From contig JALEND010000020.1 of NCBI GenBank assembly GCA_022768045.1, positions 1-40,712 of the forward strand: a stretch of 40,712 nucleotides of DNA, given 5' to 3'. The stretch's first letter is position 1. The number at the start of each line of letters is the position of its first letter. Positions 1-9,198 of the stretch are shown one piece after another. Both the position numbers and the translations under genes were made by a program. The stretch is from Mycoplasmatota bacterium (GTDB lineage: Bacteria; Bacillota_I; Bacilli_A; RF39; UBA660). The notes beneath the pieces were generated by a model. It was not told where the DNA came from and did not search any database. It saw only the letters and a list, made by a program, of their open reading frames with translations.

Positions 1-395
1 CTAATTATTTATATAAGATAATTGGTATGGATAAGTTTGATGGTTATGTTGGTTTTATTTATGCTGATGGTACCGTTTTATTTGAAAAGTTTTTTGAAGT
101 AACTAAAAATAAGACAACAGGTGAAGAAGAAAAAAGACCATGTAAACTATCAAATGCAACATATAAAATGAACATATATAATTTTGCTCAGTTTTCAAAA
201 CTAACTAAGCAAGAAATAATTGAGTATATTAAAAATATAGGTAATGAAGAATTAGAAAGGTTTTATCATAGTAAGAATTGGAGTAATAATATTAAAAAAA
301 GAGCAGAAGCATATTCTAAAAAAAGTAATTTAGATATATATAATGAGATAAGTAGCTTAATTGACAAGGGAGACTTAACAAAAAATCATATTTAA
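1..395 (+). CDS. Hypothetical protein, 5'-truncated by window edge
   Basis: Frame is open from position 3 (NYLYKIIG-MDKF...) with no RBS before ATG 27; stop at 393-395; no recognised family. Confidence 0.7.
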   Translation, partial: NYLYKIIGMDKFDGYVGFIYADGTVLFEKFFEVTKNKTTGEEEKRPCKLSNATYKMNIYNFAQFSKLTKQEIIEYIKNIGNEELERFYHSKNWSNNIKKRAEAYSKKSNLDIYNEISSLIDKGDLTKNHI

Positions 396-479
396 CATAT
401 GTAAAATTTAATAAAATATTAAAATAAGGTGTCGTATGATACCTTGTTTTTGTTATAATATAAAAAGGAGATGATAAAG

Positions 480-1454
480 ATGAATATAACAATACTAGGT
501 GCAGGAGCTTATGCTTTAGGTCTTGCATTAAGATTTAATAAAAATAAAAATAAAATAATTATATGGTCAGCAGTTAAAAGTGAAATTGATACATTGACTA
601 AGACAAGAATGAATGAAAAGGCATTAAAAGGTGTTAAGATGCCTAATAATTTTATTTATACAGAAAACATAGAAAAAGCACTAGATGGAAGCGATATAGT
701 TGTAATAGCTGTTGCAACTAAGTTTTTATCTAGTGTATGTGATACAATAAAGCCTTATGTAAAAGATAAGCATATTATAATTGCTTCTAAGGGAATTGAA
801 CAAGAAACTTATAATTTTGCAAGTAATATAATTAAAGGTAAGTTAAAAACAAAGAAGTTAGCTACTATATCAGGTCCTTCTTTTGCAAAAGATATGGCAA
901 CAGATTCACTAATTGGATTATCACTTGCAACAACTAACAATAAAACAAAAGAGATGGTAATAAAAGCACTTTCATCTGACACTTTAAAAATAAGACCTAC
1001 TAAGGATTTTTTAGGTGTTGAGTTATGCGGTACAATGAAAAATGTAATAGCAGTTGCAGCAGGTATGTTAGATGGTATGAAAGCTAATGAATCTACAAAG
1101 GCAATGTTTTTAACAGAAAGTATTAATGATACAAGAAAACTAATAAAAAAATTAGGCGGTAATGAAAAAACAATAATGTCATATGCAGGGTTTGGAGATA
1201 TACTTTTAACTTGTACATCTACTTCTTCAAGAAATTATTCTTATGGTAAGCTAATAGGAAGTAATGCACCTAAAGATGAATTAGATGAATATTTAAGTAA
1301 TAATACGGTAGAAGGTGTTTATACTCTTGAATCTATATATGGTTTAATTAAAAGTAAGAAAGTTAAGATGCCATTTATAGATTTTGTTTATGATGTTGTT
1401 TTTAACTATCGTAGTTCAAGTGAAATATTAACATTTTTAAATGAAAAAGAATAG
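480..1454 (+). CDS. gpsA: NAD(P)H-dependent glycerol-3-phosphate dehydrogenase
   Basis: ILGAGAYA Rossmann motif, SKGIE, SGPSFA, KNVIAVAAG, GDILLTC..SRN, VEG; AAGGAG RBS at 465-470 favours ATG 480. Confidence 0.97.
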   Translation: MNITILGAGAYALGLALRFNKNKNKIIIWSAVKSEIDTLTKTRMNEKALKGVKMPNNFIYTENIEKALDGSDIVVIAVATKFLSSVCDTIKPYVKDKHIIIASKGIEQETYNFASNIIKGKLKTKKLATISGPSFAKDMATDSLIGLSLATTNNKTKEMVIKALSSDTLKIRPTKDFLGVELCGTMKNVIAVAAGMLDGMKANESTKAMFLTESINDTRKLIKKLGGNEKTIMSYAGFGDILLTCTSTSSRNYSYGKLIGSNAPKDELDEYLSNNTVEGVYTLESIYGLIKSKKVKMPFIDFVYDVVFNYRSSSEILTFLNEKE

Positions 1455-1455
1455 T

Positions 1456-1489
1456 AAGAAAGTCTCTTTTTAGAGGCTTTTCTTTTTTT
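1456..1489 (+). terminator. Rho-independent terminator after gpsA
   Basis: AAGAAAGTCTCT-ttt-AGAGGCTTTTCT hairpin followed by a T run. Confidence 0.75.
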
Positions 1490-1498
1490 GTAAGATTA

Positions 1499-1505
1499 TG
1501 TCGAA
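1499..1505 (+). promoter_or_regulatory. Spo0A box upstream of the spoIIA operon
   Basis: Perfect TGTCGAA (consensus TGNCGAA) about 55 nt upstream of spoIIAA, a canonical Spo0A target. Confidence 0.65.
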
Positions 1506-1561
1506 TCTATTTTCTTTGTTTTTAATAAGTGATTAAATATATTTACTGGATGGTGATTTAT

Positions 1562-1879
1562 ATGTTTGATGCACAAATGGAATTTAGAAAAGGAATACTA
1601 TTCATTAGATTAACTGGAGAATTAAATAATAAAACAATAAATGATTTTAGAATGAAAGTTAAGGAGGTGGTTATAAGAGCAGGAATTAGATACCTTGTTT
1701 TAAATGTTAATAATTTAAATAGTGTAACAAATGAGGGAGTAAAAGAAATTAAAAGTTTGAAGAAGGTTATGAAAAAGCTTGATGGAGAGTTTTACTTGTT
1801 TGGAGGAAGTATAAAAAAATTAAAAGGGTTAGTTAATTTAGAAAATGAATTAAACGTATTTGAAAGGGTTGTGATATAG
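1562..1879 (+). CDS. spoIIAA: STAS-domain anti-sigma-F antagonist, degenerate
   Basis: ILFIRLTGELN..T STAS N-terminus, about 105 aa, directly upstream of sigF; GGTGA RBS. DSSG phosphorylation motif replaced by TNEG. Confidence 0.8.
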   Translation: MFDAQMEFRKGILFIRLTGELNNKTINDFRMKVKEVVIRAGIRYLVLNVNNLNSVTNEGVKEIKSLKKVMKKLDGEFYLFGGSIKKLKGLVNLENELNVFERVVI

Positions 1880-2551
1880 TTGCAAAATGCTATAATTCCA
1901 GAAAACATAGTAGATGAAAATAAAAATTTAATTTATTCTATTTGTTATAAACATAAAAATTATTGTGATATAGATGATTTATATCAAGCTGGTTTGTTAG
2001 GCCTTATGGATGCATATAAGAACTTTGATCCTAGTAAAAATGTTAAGTTTTCTACTTATGCCTTTAATTATATTTTAGGAGAAATTACTAAGTATATAAG
2101 AGAAAATAATAATATAAAAGTAAGTAAGGATATGTTAAGGTTAGGTAAAAAAATTAATGAGTATATAGATAAGTTTTATGAATTAAAGGGCTATAAACCA
2201 TCTATTAAAGATATTAGTTTAATGCTTAATATAAAAGAATCTAAGGTTATAGAAGCACTTGATTTATGCCTTAAAGTTAAGAGTTTAGATGAGATTATAA
2301 TAAGTGATGGAAAAGACGTAACATTACTTGATGTAACACCAGATAATGATAAATTATCTTGTGATGTTATGCTTGATTTAAAAGATGCTCTTATGATCTT
2401 ATCTGATGAAGAAAGAGACTTTATAATAGATAGATTTTATAATGACTTAACACAAAGTGAGGTTGCAGAAAAACTAGGTGTTAATCAGGTATATGTATCT
2501 AGAATGGAAAAAAGGGTTTTAAAAAAGATGAAAAATAAGATGGTAGCATAA
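1880..2551 (+). CDS. sigF: Forespore sigma factor sigma-F
   Basis: DDLYQAG..GL, FSTYA...ILGEI..YIR, IKVSK, TQSEVAEKLGVNQVYVSRMEK (SigF-type TQSEVA/QV rather than SigG TQMEVA/QA); lies between spoIIAA and spoVA; TTG start. Confidence 0.88.
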   Translation: MQNAIIPENIVDENKNLIYSICYKHKNYCDIDDLYQAGLLGLMDAYKNFDPSKNVKFSTYAFNYILGEITKYIRENNNIKVSKDMLRLGKKINEYIDKFYELKGYKPSIKDISLMLNIKESKVIEALDLCLKVKSLDEIIISDGKDVTLLDVTPDNDKLSCDVMLDLKDALMILSDEERDFIIDRFYNDLTQSEVAEKLGVNQVYVSRMEKRVLKKMKNKMVA

Positions 2552-2570
2552 AATTGCTATCATTTTTTTT
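2540..2570 (+). terminator. Terminator after sigF
   Basis: ATGGTAGCA-taaaat-TGCTATCAT followed by a T run. Confidence 0.8.
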
Positions 2571-2579
2571 ATAAAAAAA

Positions 2580-2608
2580 GTATAATTTAAAAATTTTAAC
2601 TAAAACTA
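2580..2608 (+). promoter_or_regulatory. Putative sigma-G/F promoter of spoVA
   Basis: GTATA-N17-AAAACTA matches the sigma-G consensus GHATA-N17/18-MAWAMTA; spoVA is sigma-G dependent in Bacillus. Confidence 0.5.
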
Positions 2609-2625
2609 TTACTGGTGATAATAAT

Positions 2626-3066
2626 ATGGAAAAAGAAGAGTATAAAAAGCTCATTAGTACTATTGTTCCAAAGGAAAATAAACTAAAAAATGGATTAATA
2701 GCTTTTATAATAGGTGGATTAATAGGTTTGTTAGCTGAAATATTAGTTGTTATTTTTCAAAGTAAGTTTAATTTATCTTACAAAGAGTCAACTAGCGTTA
2801 TGATGGTTATATTAATATTTTTTGCTAGTTTATTTACCGCAATGGGTTTTTTTGATAATTTAGTTAGTTTTGCTAAAGCAGGGTTAATAGTTCCAATAAC
2901 TGGTTTTGCTCATGCAATGACATCAAGTATAATTGATTATAAAAAAGAAGGATTTGTAACTGGTATTGGTTCTAATGCATTTAAGCTATCAGGTAGTGTT
3001 ATTTTATATGGGGTTGTATCTGCTTACGTATTTGGTATAGTAAGATATTTATTTTTTGGAGGTTAG
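2626..3066 (+). CDS. spoVAC: Stage V sporulation protein AC
   Basis: AFIIGGLIG, AKAGLIVPITGFAHAM, EGFVTGIGSNAFKLSGSVILYG. Confidence 0.95.
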   Translation: MEKEEYKKLISTIVPKENKLKNGLIAFIIGGLIGLLAEILVVIFQSKFNLSYKESTSVMMVILIFFASLFTAMGFFDNLVSFAKAGLIVPITGFAHAMTSSIIDYKKEGFVTGIGSNAFKLSGSVILYGVVSAYVFGIVRYLFFGG

Positions 3067-3069
3067 AAT

Positions 3070-4065
3070 ATGACTATTAAGTTTAATAACATTTATTTAG
3101 GTGAATCATCATCAGTTGCATGTCAAGATGAATATAAGGGGAGTTTTGGAAAACTATATGACATAGTATATGATGATTATTATGCAGGTGAAAAGACTTT
3201 TGAAAGAGCAGAGGTAAAAATGATTAAGGATGTAGTTTTTTTAACTCTTAAAAAAGCTAGTAAGAAAATGGATGATATAGATGTTATAATTGGTGCAGAT
3301 TTATTAAATCAGATAGCAGCTAACTCTTATTCAGCACTTTCTTTTGATAAATCTTTTATAGGTGTTTATAGTGCTTGTGCTTCTTTTTGTGAAGAGTTAA
3401 TTGTTGCATCTTTTATTTTAAAGAATAATAAAATTAATAACGTACTAGTTAATACATCGTCTCATAACATGACCGCAGAAAGACAGTTTAGAAATCCGGT
3501 AGAGTATGGAGCTCCTAAACCTAAGAGATCTACTTATACTGCAACAGGAGCTACATCATTTTTAGTATCAGTTGAAAGATCTAATATAAAAGTGTCTAGT
3601 GCTTGTATTGGAAGTGTTGTTGATATGGGAATAGATGATGCTAATGACATGGGTTCTGTAATGGCACCTGCAGCAGCTAAAACGTTATATGATTATTTAT
3701 CAGATACTAATACAAAACCTAGTGATTATGATCTTATATTAACTGGTGATTTAGGAGTTTATGGTAAAGAGATATTAATTAAGTATATGAAAGAGTTTTA
3801 TAATATAGATGTATCTGAAAAATTAGAGGATGCAGGTAGCATTTTATATGATAGAACTTTACAGAAAAAAGTAAATGCTGGAGCATCAGGACCAGTTACA
3901 ATAGCACTAGTTACAAAGAATTATGTAATTAATAAACTAAGTAATAATGAGTTTAAAAAAGTCCTTTTAATAGCAACAGGAGCGTTAATGAGTCCTACTA
4001 TGAATAATCAAAAACTATCTATTCCATCTATTGCACACTTAGTATGTTTGGAGAATGTATTATGA
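3070..4065 (+). CDS. spoVAD: Stage V sporulation protein AD (DPA-binding)
   Basis: DLLNQ, TSSH..AERQFRNPVEYG, MGSVMAPAA, YDLILTGDLG, GALMSP..SIPSIAH. Confidence 0.97.
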   Translation: MTIKFNNIYLGESSSVACQDEYKGSFGKLYDIVYDDYYAGEKTFERAEVKMIKDVVFLTLKKASKKMDDIDVIIGADLLNQIAANSYSALSFDKSFIGVYSACASFCEELIVASFILKNNKINNVLVNTSSHNMTAERQFRNPVEYGAPKPKRSTYTATGATSFLVSVERSNIKVSSACIGSVVDMGIDDANDMGSVMAPAAAKTLYDYLSDTNTKPSDYDLILTGDLGVYGKEILIKYMKEFYNIDVSEKLEDAGSILYDRTLQKKVNAGASGPVTIALVTKNYVINKLSNNEFKKVLLIATGALMSPTMNNQKLSIPSIAHLVCLENVL

Positions 4066-4412
4066 TATTTTTATATTCATTTATGTTTGCAGGAACACTT
4101 TGTTTGATAGGACAAATAATACTTGATAATACTAAGTTAACCCCAGGACATGTAACAACTATGTTTGTAATTTTTGGATGCTTTTTAGACTCATTTGGAA
4201 TATATGATAAATTTATTAAATGGTTTGGTGCAGGAACACTTGTTCCAATAACTAGCTTTGGTCATTCACTTATCCATGGAGCTTTAGATAAAGCTCATGA
4301 ATCAGGTATACTTGGACTTTTAAGTGGTATGTTTAACTTAACATCAACCGGTATAGTAGCAGCAATTGTATTTGGTTTTATATTTTCACTTTTATTTAAG
4401 GCAAAAGACTAG
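4062..4412 (+). CDS. spoVAE: Stage V sporulation protein AE (SpoVAEb)
   Basis: LCLIGQIILD..KLTPGHV, GAGTLVPITSFGHSL; ATGA overlap with the spoVAD stop. Confidence 0.95.
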   Translation: MIFLYSFMFAGTLCLIGQIILDNTKLTPGHVTTMFVIFGCFLDSFGIYDKFIKWFGAGTLVPITSFGHSLIHGALDKAHESGILGLLSGMFNLTSTGIVAAIVFGFIFSLLFKAKD

Positions 4413-4426
4413 AATTTTGCCTTTTT
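4399..4426 (+). terminator. Terminator after spoVAE
   Basis: AGGCAAAA-gactagaa-TTTTGCCT followed by a T run. Confidence 0.7.
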
Positions 4427-4460
4427 ATAATGTATTATAAATATAAGAAGGAGAAGTTTT

Positions 4461-6110
4461 ATGGTAGATAAATTAAGTCCGTTAGATTATGGTATGAAAG
4501 ATTATATAAAATTTTATTTTTGTCTTAGTTTGGCAAATGGAAACTTATATAATAAGTTGATTAACCTTTATGGCAGAAAACTTGATTTTGAAAAAGAAAT
4601 ATGTATTACAGATAGTGAAGCTTTATATATAAAACAAGGTTTTAATCAAATAAAGAAGATTTATGATTATGTTGATATAGAAAATGTTGATTATCTTAAA
4701 ATATTTGATCAAAAAGTATTATATATAGAATTTATTAATTTTAGAAGAAATAATGAGAATCCTGATATGTCTGAATTTTTAAAATATGAATTGTTGAAAA
4801 AAGCAAGATATATTAAACAAACAACATATGGAAATTTAAAAAATTATTTCAAGTATTTTAAAATAAATGATATATTAAAAGCAAAAGAATACCTTGATTT
4901 TAGATATAAAAGAATGTTTGATGAGAAGTTTTTTAGTGATGGGACAAAGAGCTTTTTATATAATAATTTAAGTACTGATGAGCAAAAAATAATTATTGGC
5001 ATATATAAAGGACTTATAAAAATAAATAGTATAACAAAAGAAGAAAAAGCGGCAGGAAAAGTAGTAGATACTGATAAAGAAAATAACTTAGATGGCATAA
5101 AAGGAGAAGATAGCATGGCAAGAAAAAGAAATGATAAAAGATCTTTAATGAAAAGTCTAGATATAAAAAGTGAAAAGGAGTTGGAAGAATTGGTTGATAA
5201 ATTACCTTCAAAAAATAAAGAGATAATGTGTTATATGTATGGTATATTAATGGAAGAAAAAAGTATGGAATGGATATTAAATAAACTTGGTATATCAAAA
5301 GGAACTGTTTATAAAAAGATAAGTGAATCTAAAGAAATGTTAAAGGATATTAAAGAAGGAAAAGATATATCAAAAGAAAGTAAAGAACCTAGTAAAGTAC
5401 CGGAAAAAAACGAAGCAAATAATAATCAGGTAGTAAAAGAAGAAAAAGTTAAAAAATCAAGAGGAGCAGCTAAGAAAACACCAGAAACAATATCTGACTT
5501 AGCAAAAAAGTATGATGTTTCACAAGAATTTGTTTATAGTGTAATTTCTAATCTTTCGTCTGATAAGAAAATAAAGGTAGCTAAACTATACTTTATAGAG
5601 GGTATGCCTCAAGCAACTATTAAGGAAAGCACAAACATAAGTCCTTCTTACATATCAGTTGTTATAAAACAAGTTCATGAAAGTATTAAAAAAGAAAAAG
5701 AAAAGATGGAAAACAATAATTCAAATGATGAAAAAGAGACAATTAAAAAAGAAGAAACAAAAAAAGAAGAACATAACAAACCTAAGACTTTAGATGAAGA
5801 TAAAAATATAAATAACATTAATGATAAACTTTTATCTTACATAGCATTAAGTATTAATGATATATTATATGATGATAATGAGTTAAAGAAATTAAAGCAA
5901 GAAAAATTTATGTTATTTACAATGTTATCATTAATTAAAAAGCATAATTTTACATCATCTGAATTACAAGATACACTTTTATTATCAGAAGAAGAAATGA
6001 AATTATTATATGAGGAAGCTGCTGATTTAGGTATTAAGAAGATTAATAAATACATGGAAGATAATAAAAAAGAGATTACAAAAAGATTAATAGATAATAA
6101 AAGAAACTAG
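4461..6110 (+). CDS. Hypothetical protein with several sigma70 region-4-like HTH segments
   Basis: 549 aa, AAGGAG RBS; LPSKNKEIM..YG...KSMEWILNKLGISKGTVYKKISES and LYFIEGMPQATIKESTNISPSYIS resemble region 4; no sigma region 2 seen. Confidence 0.7.
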   Translation: MVDKLSPLDYGMKDYIKFYFCLSLANGNLYNKLINLYGRKLDFEKEICITDSEALYIKQGFNQIKKIYDYVDIENVDYLKIFDQKVLYIEFINFRRNNENPDMSEFLKYELLKKARYIKQTTYGNLKNYFKYFKINDILKAKEYLDFRYKRMFDEKFFSDGTKSFLYNNLSTDEQKIIIGIYKGLIKINSITKEEKAAGKVVDTDKENNLDGIKGEDSMARKRNDKRSLMKSLDIKSEKELEELVDKLPSKNKEIMCYMYGILMEEKSMEWILNKLGISKGTVYKKISESKEMLKDIKEGKDISKESKEPSKVPEKNEANNNQVVKEEKVKKSRGAAKKTPETISDLAKKYDVSQEFVYSVISNLSSDKKIKVAKLYFIEGMPQATIKESTNISPSYISVVIKQVHESIKKEKEKMENNNSNDEKETIKKEETKKEEHNKPKTLDEDKNINNINDKLLSYIALSINDILYDDNELKKLKQEKFMLFTMLSLIKKHNFTSSELQDTLLLSEEEMKLLYEEAADLGIKKINKYMEDNKKEITKRLIDNKRN

Positions 6111-6130
6111 TTTTTAGTTTCTTTTATTAT
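6094..6130. terminator. Bidirectional terminator-like perfect inverted repeat over convergent stop codons
   Basis: ATAATAAAAGAAACTA-gtttt-TAGTTTCTTTTATTAT, a 16-bp perfect stem. Confidence 0.7.
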
Positions 6131-7237
6131 ACTTGATTTATAATCTTCTTTATAATCATAATCTGTAATTAAAGAGTAAAGCTTAGATGCTTTAATATCA
6201 TCTTTAAATAAACTATCATATTCTTTTTTATATTTAGTTATTATTGGAACATCTATACCATCTTTTATGCTTTTAATTATTTTTTTACCATTATGATTAA
6301 GACCAAGAACCCTAATATAATTTATTTTTGTATTATAATCTTTTTTTGTCTTACTTAAAATATGCAAAAGCATTCTTTTAATTCTGTTATAAGAATATCT
6401 TTTTGATTTTATTTTCATTATTAATTCATCTACGTTTGATACGTTAAATATTTCTTTTCTAATCTTATTTTCTATACCTTCATCAACATCTAATATTTCA
6501 TTTAAATTATCATTTGTAATTATTTCATACTTTATGTAATTAAAGTAGTCATTTAGTTTAATATCTCTTATTTTATTAAATGAAGAAGTAGGCATCGTAT
6601 TTTTTATCAAACATTTATTATTAATATTTTTTCTAATGGATGATGCGCTTGTAATATTATTTAATATTTCTTCTTCATGATATTTATTTGTTCTTTTAAT
6701 ACTAATAGGTTTAATATTACTATTTATATTATAGATTGCGCGTACATATTCTAATGCTAGTACATCATTTGGTTTATCTATCATAATAGATGATATATCA
6801 TTTAATGCTAGTGAACATGATTTAGGGTAGTTATAGCCCTCATTTAAATAATGTCTTATTTTATTTTCATATTCTTTGTTATTATTTGTAATATTTACAA
6901 CTTCTTTTAACATTTCAACGTCATTTGATTCACTACCAAATACTAGATAGTCACACTCTAATTTATTTAGTATTTCTATGGCACCTTTAGCATAATAATT
7001 AGCTGAAGATGTTGATATATTAAAAGGAAGTTCAACAACTAAATCATAACCATATTCTAGTGCAATAGATGTTTTATCCCATTTATTTAGTACACTAATA
7101 TCTCCTCTTTGGGTAAAGTTACCAATTAGTACTAAAATAAAATAGGCATCATTAAACATTTTTTTAGCTTCCTTTAAATGATATATATGACCATTATGAA
7201 ATGGATTATATTCTGCTATTATTCCTACTTTTTTCAT
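6107..7237 (-). CDS. tmcAL: tRNA(Met) cytidine acetate ligase (YlbM/HIGH_NTase1)
   Basis: VGIIAEYNPFHNGH, GNFTQRG, DLVVELP, FGSE, PNDVLALEY, SASSIR, YIRVLG. Confidence 0.95.
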   Translation of the reverse strand: MKKVGIIAEYNPFHNGHIYHLKEAKKMFNDAYFILVLIGNFTQRGDISVLNKWDKTSIALEYGYDLVVELPFNISTSSANYYAKGAIEILNKLECDYLVFGSESNDVEMLKEVVNITNNNKEYENKIRHYLNEGYNYPKSCSLALNDISSIMIDKPNDVLALEYVRAIYNINSNIKPISIKRTNKYHEEEILNNITSASSIRKNINNKCLIKNTMPTSSFNKIRDIKLNDYFNYIKYEIITNDNLNEILDVDEGIENKIRKEIFNVSNVDELIMKIKSKRYSYNRIKRMLLHILSKTKKDYNTKINYIRVLGLNHNGKKIIKSIKDGIDVPIITKYKKEYDSLFKDDIKASKLYSLITDYDYKEDYKSSIIKETKN

Positions 7238-7364
7238 GATGAGCCTCTTTTCATAAATTAAGTTTATACTACCAAAATAAAAAATACTTGTCAATTGAAC
7301 TAAATATTTAAATAAATATATGTTTGTGCTATAATATAAAAGATGAAAAAAGGAAGTGGTACTT

Positions 7365-8471
7365 ATGAAGAAAAAAGTAGTAATAGGAATGAGTGGTGGT
7401 GTTGATTCATCAGTTGCTGCAATTATGCTTCAAAAACAAGGGTATGAAGTAATTGGACTTTTTATGCGTAACTGGGATTCTTTTGCAGATGGTGAAGTAG
7501 AAGGCGCACCAACAACTGATGAGGGAATATGTCCTCAAGAAGTTGATTATAATGATGCTAAAAAAGTATGTGATAAACTTGGAATACCACTTTATCGTAA
7601 AGACTTTATAAAAGAATATTGGGATTATGTATTTACTTACTTTTTAGATGAATTAAAAAAGGGAAGAACACCTAATCCAGATATTATGTGTAATAAGTAT
7701 ATTAAGTTTGATCAGTTTGCTAAAGAAGCAGAAAAACTAGGAGCTGATTGTATTGCAACAGGACATTACTGTAGGGTAAAAGATGGACAATTAATGCGAG
7801 CTAAAGATGATAATAAAGACCAGTCATACTTTTTATCACAAGTATCTAAAGAGCAGCTTAAAAATGTTTTATTTCCGATAGGAGATATGATAAAGCCAGA
7901 TGTTAGAAAAATAGCAGAAGAATATGGTTTAGTAACTGCTAAGAAAAAAGATTCAACTGGAATATGTTTTATTGGAGAAAGAAATTTTTCTAACTTTTTA
8001 AAGAATTACTTACCAAATCAGCCAGGGGATATAGTTGATATAAAAACTGGTAAAAAAGTAGGAAATCATATAGGACTTATGCATTATACAATAGGTCAAA
8101 GAAGGGGTCTTGATATTGGTGGAACAAAAAATAGAATGTTTGTGGTTGGTAAAGATTTAAATAAAAACATTTTATATATAGAATCAGGTAATGACGAATA
8201 TTTAATTACAACATCTTGCGTCGTAGACCAAATAAACTGGACTTATGAAAAAAAAGAAGAAAAATGTACGGCAAAGTTTAGATATAGACAAAAAGACGTT
8301 GAAGTTAGCCTAGAGTGGTTAAATGATGATGAAATATTAGTTAAGTATCCACAAGGCGTTAAGTCAGTAACTCCAGGCCAAGCATGTGTATTTTATGATG
8401 GTGATATATGCTTAGGTGGTGGTATCATTAAAGAGGTAAGAAAAAACGGTGAGAAATTATGGTATTTATAA
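7365..8471 (+). CDS. mnmA: tRNA-specific 2-thiouridylase
   Basis: MSGGVDSS, TPNPDIMCNKYIKF, ATGHY, KDQSYFL, DSTGICFIG, YTIGQR, PGQACVFY. Confidence 0.98.
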   Translation: MKKKVVIGMSGGVDSSVAAIMLQKQGYEVIGLFMRNWDSFADGEVEGAPTTDEGICPQEVDYNDAKKVCDKLGIPLYRKDFIKEYWDYVFTYFLDELKKGRTPNPDIMCNKYIKFDQFAKEAEKLGADCIATGHYCRVKDGQLMRAKDDNKDQSYFLSQVSKEQLKNVLFPIGDMIKPDVRKIAEEYGLVTAKKKDSTGICFIGERNFSNFLKNYLPNQPGDIVDIKTGKKVGNHIGLMHYTIGQRRGLDIGGTKNRMFVVGKDLNKNILYIESGNDEYLITTSCVVDQINWTYEKKEEKCTAKFRYRQKDVEVSLEWLNDDEILVKYPQGVKSVTPGQACVFYDGDICLGGGIIKEVRKNGEKLWYL

Positions 8472-8517
8472 GCCATAATTTTTTTGTTATGATATAATTA
8501 GAAAGAGGATGATAGTT

Positions 8518-9078
8518 ATGAAATTTATTAATCATTTAGGTTATAACTCAGTTGTTATATTAACCTTTTTCTTTATATCATTTGTAGCACTTATACTAAA
8601 TTATATAACTAAGGGTAAGAGCAATAATGTTTTATTTTCATCTTACAAAAGTAGTTTACTAAAACCACTTACTTATGTAAGACTAGTAACTCATATATTT
8701 GGTCACGCAGATTGGAACCATTTTATGAATAATTTTTTATACATTCTTTTAATTGGTCCTATGATAGAAGAAAAGTATGGCAGTAAGAATTTAACTATTA
8801 TGATTTTAGTAACAGCAGTTATAACTGGAATAATTAACATGATTTTTACAAACAAAAAAATTCTTGGTGCAAGTGGTATTGTATTTATGCTTATAGTTCT
8901 TTCTTCATTCGTTAATATAACAACTGGAAAGGTACCAATAACGTTAATTTTAATATGCATTTTCTATGTTGTAAACGAAATTGTTTCAGGAATATTTAAA
9001 AAGGATGACATATCACATATGGGACATTTAATTGGTGCTTTATGCGGATTTATATTTGGATTTTATGTGTTTAAGTAA
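8518..9078 (+). CDS. Rhomboid family intramembrane serine protease
   Basis: HADWNHFMNN, catalytic GASG, SHMGHLIG; multiple TM helices. Confidence 0.92.
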   Translation: MKFINHLGYNSVVILTFFFISFVALILNYITKGKSNNVLFSSYKSSLLKPLTYVRLVTHIFGHADWNHFMNNFLYILLIGPMIEEKYGSKNLTIMILVTAVITGIINMIFTNKKILGASGIVFMLIVLSSFVNITTGKVPITLILICIFYVVNEIVSGIFKKDDISHMGHLIGALCGFIFGFYVFK

Positions 9079-9198
9079 GTTAGGAGAAAATTATCTATTG
9101 GATTAAAAAGCAATAAAAAGTTTTATTGTTTTTTCTTTAATATAGTTATGAAAATTAGTGTATATATGATATAATATTTGAAGGAAGTTGGTGTAATT

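Noticed and set aside
1880-2551. Calling the sigma factor SigG or SigB, which would explain the missing spoIIAB
   Set aside because: Region 4 TQSEVA..LG..QV and the STAS-sigma-spoVA context match SigF.
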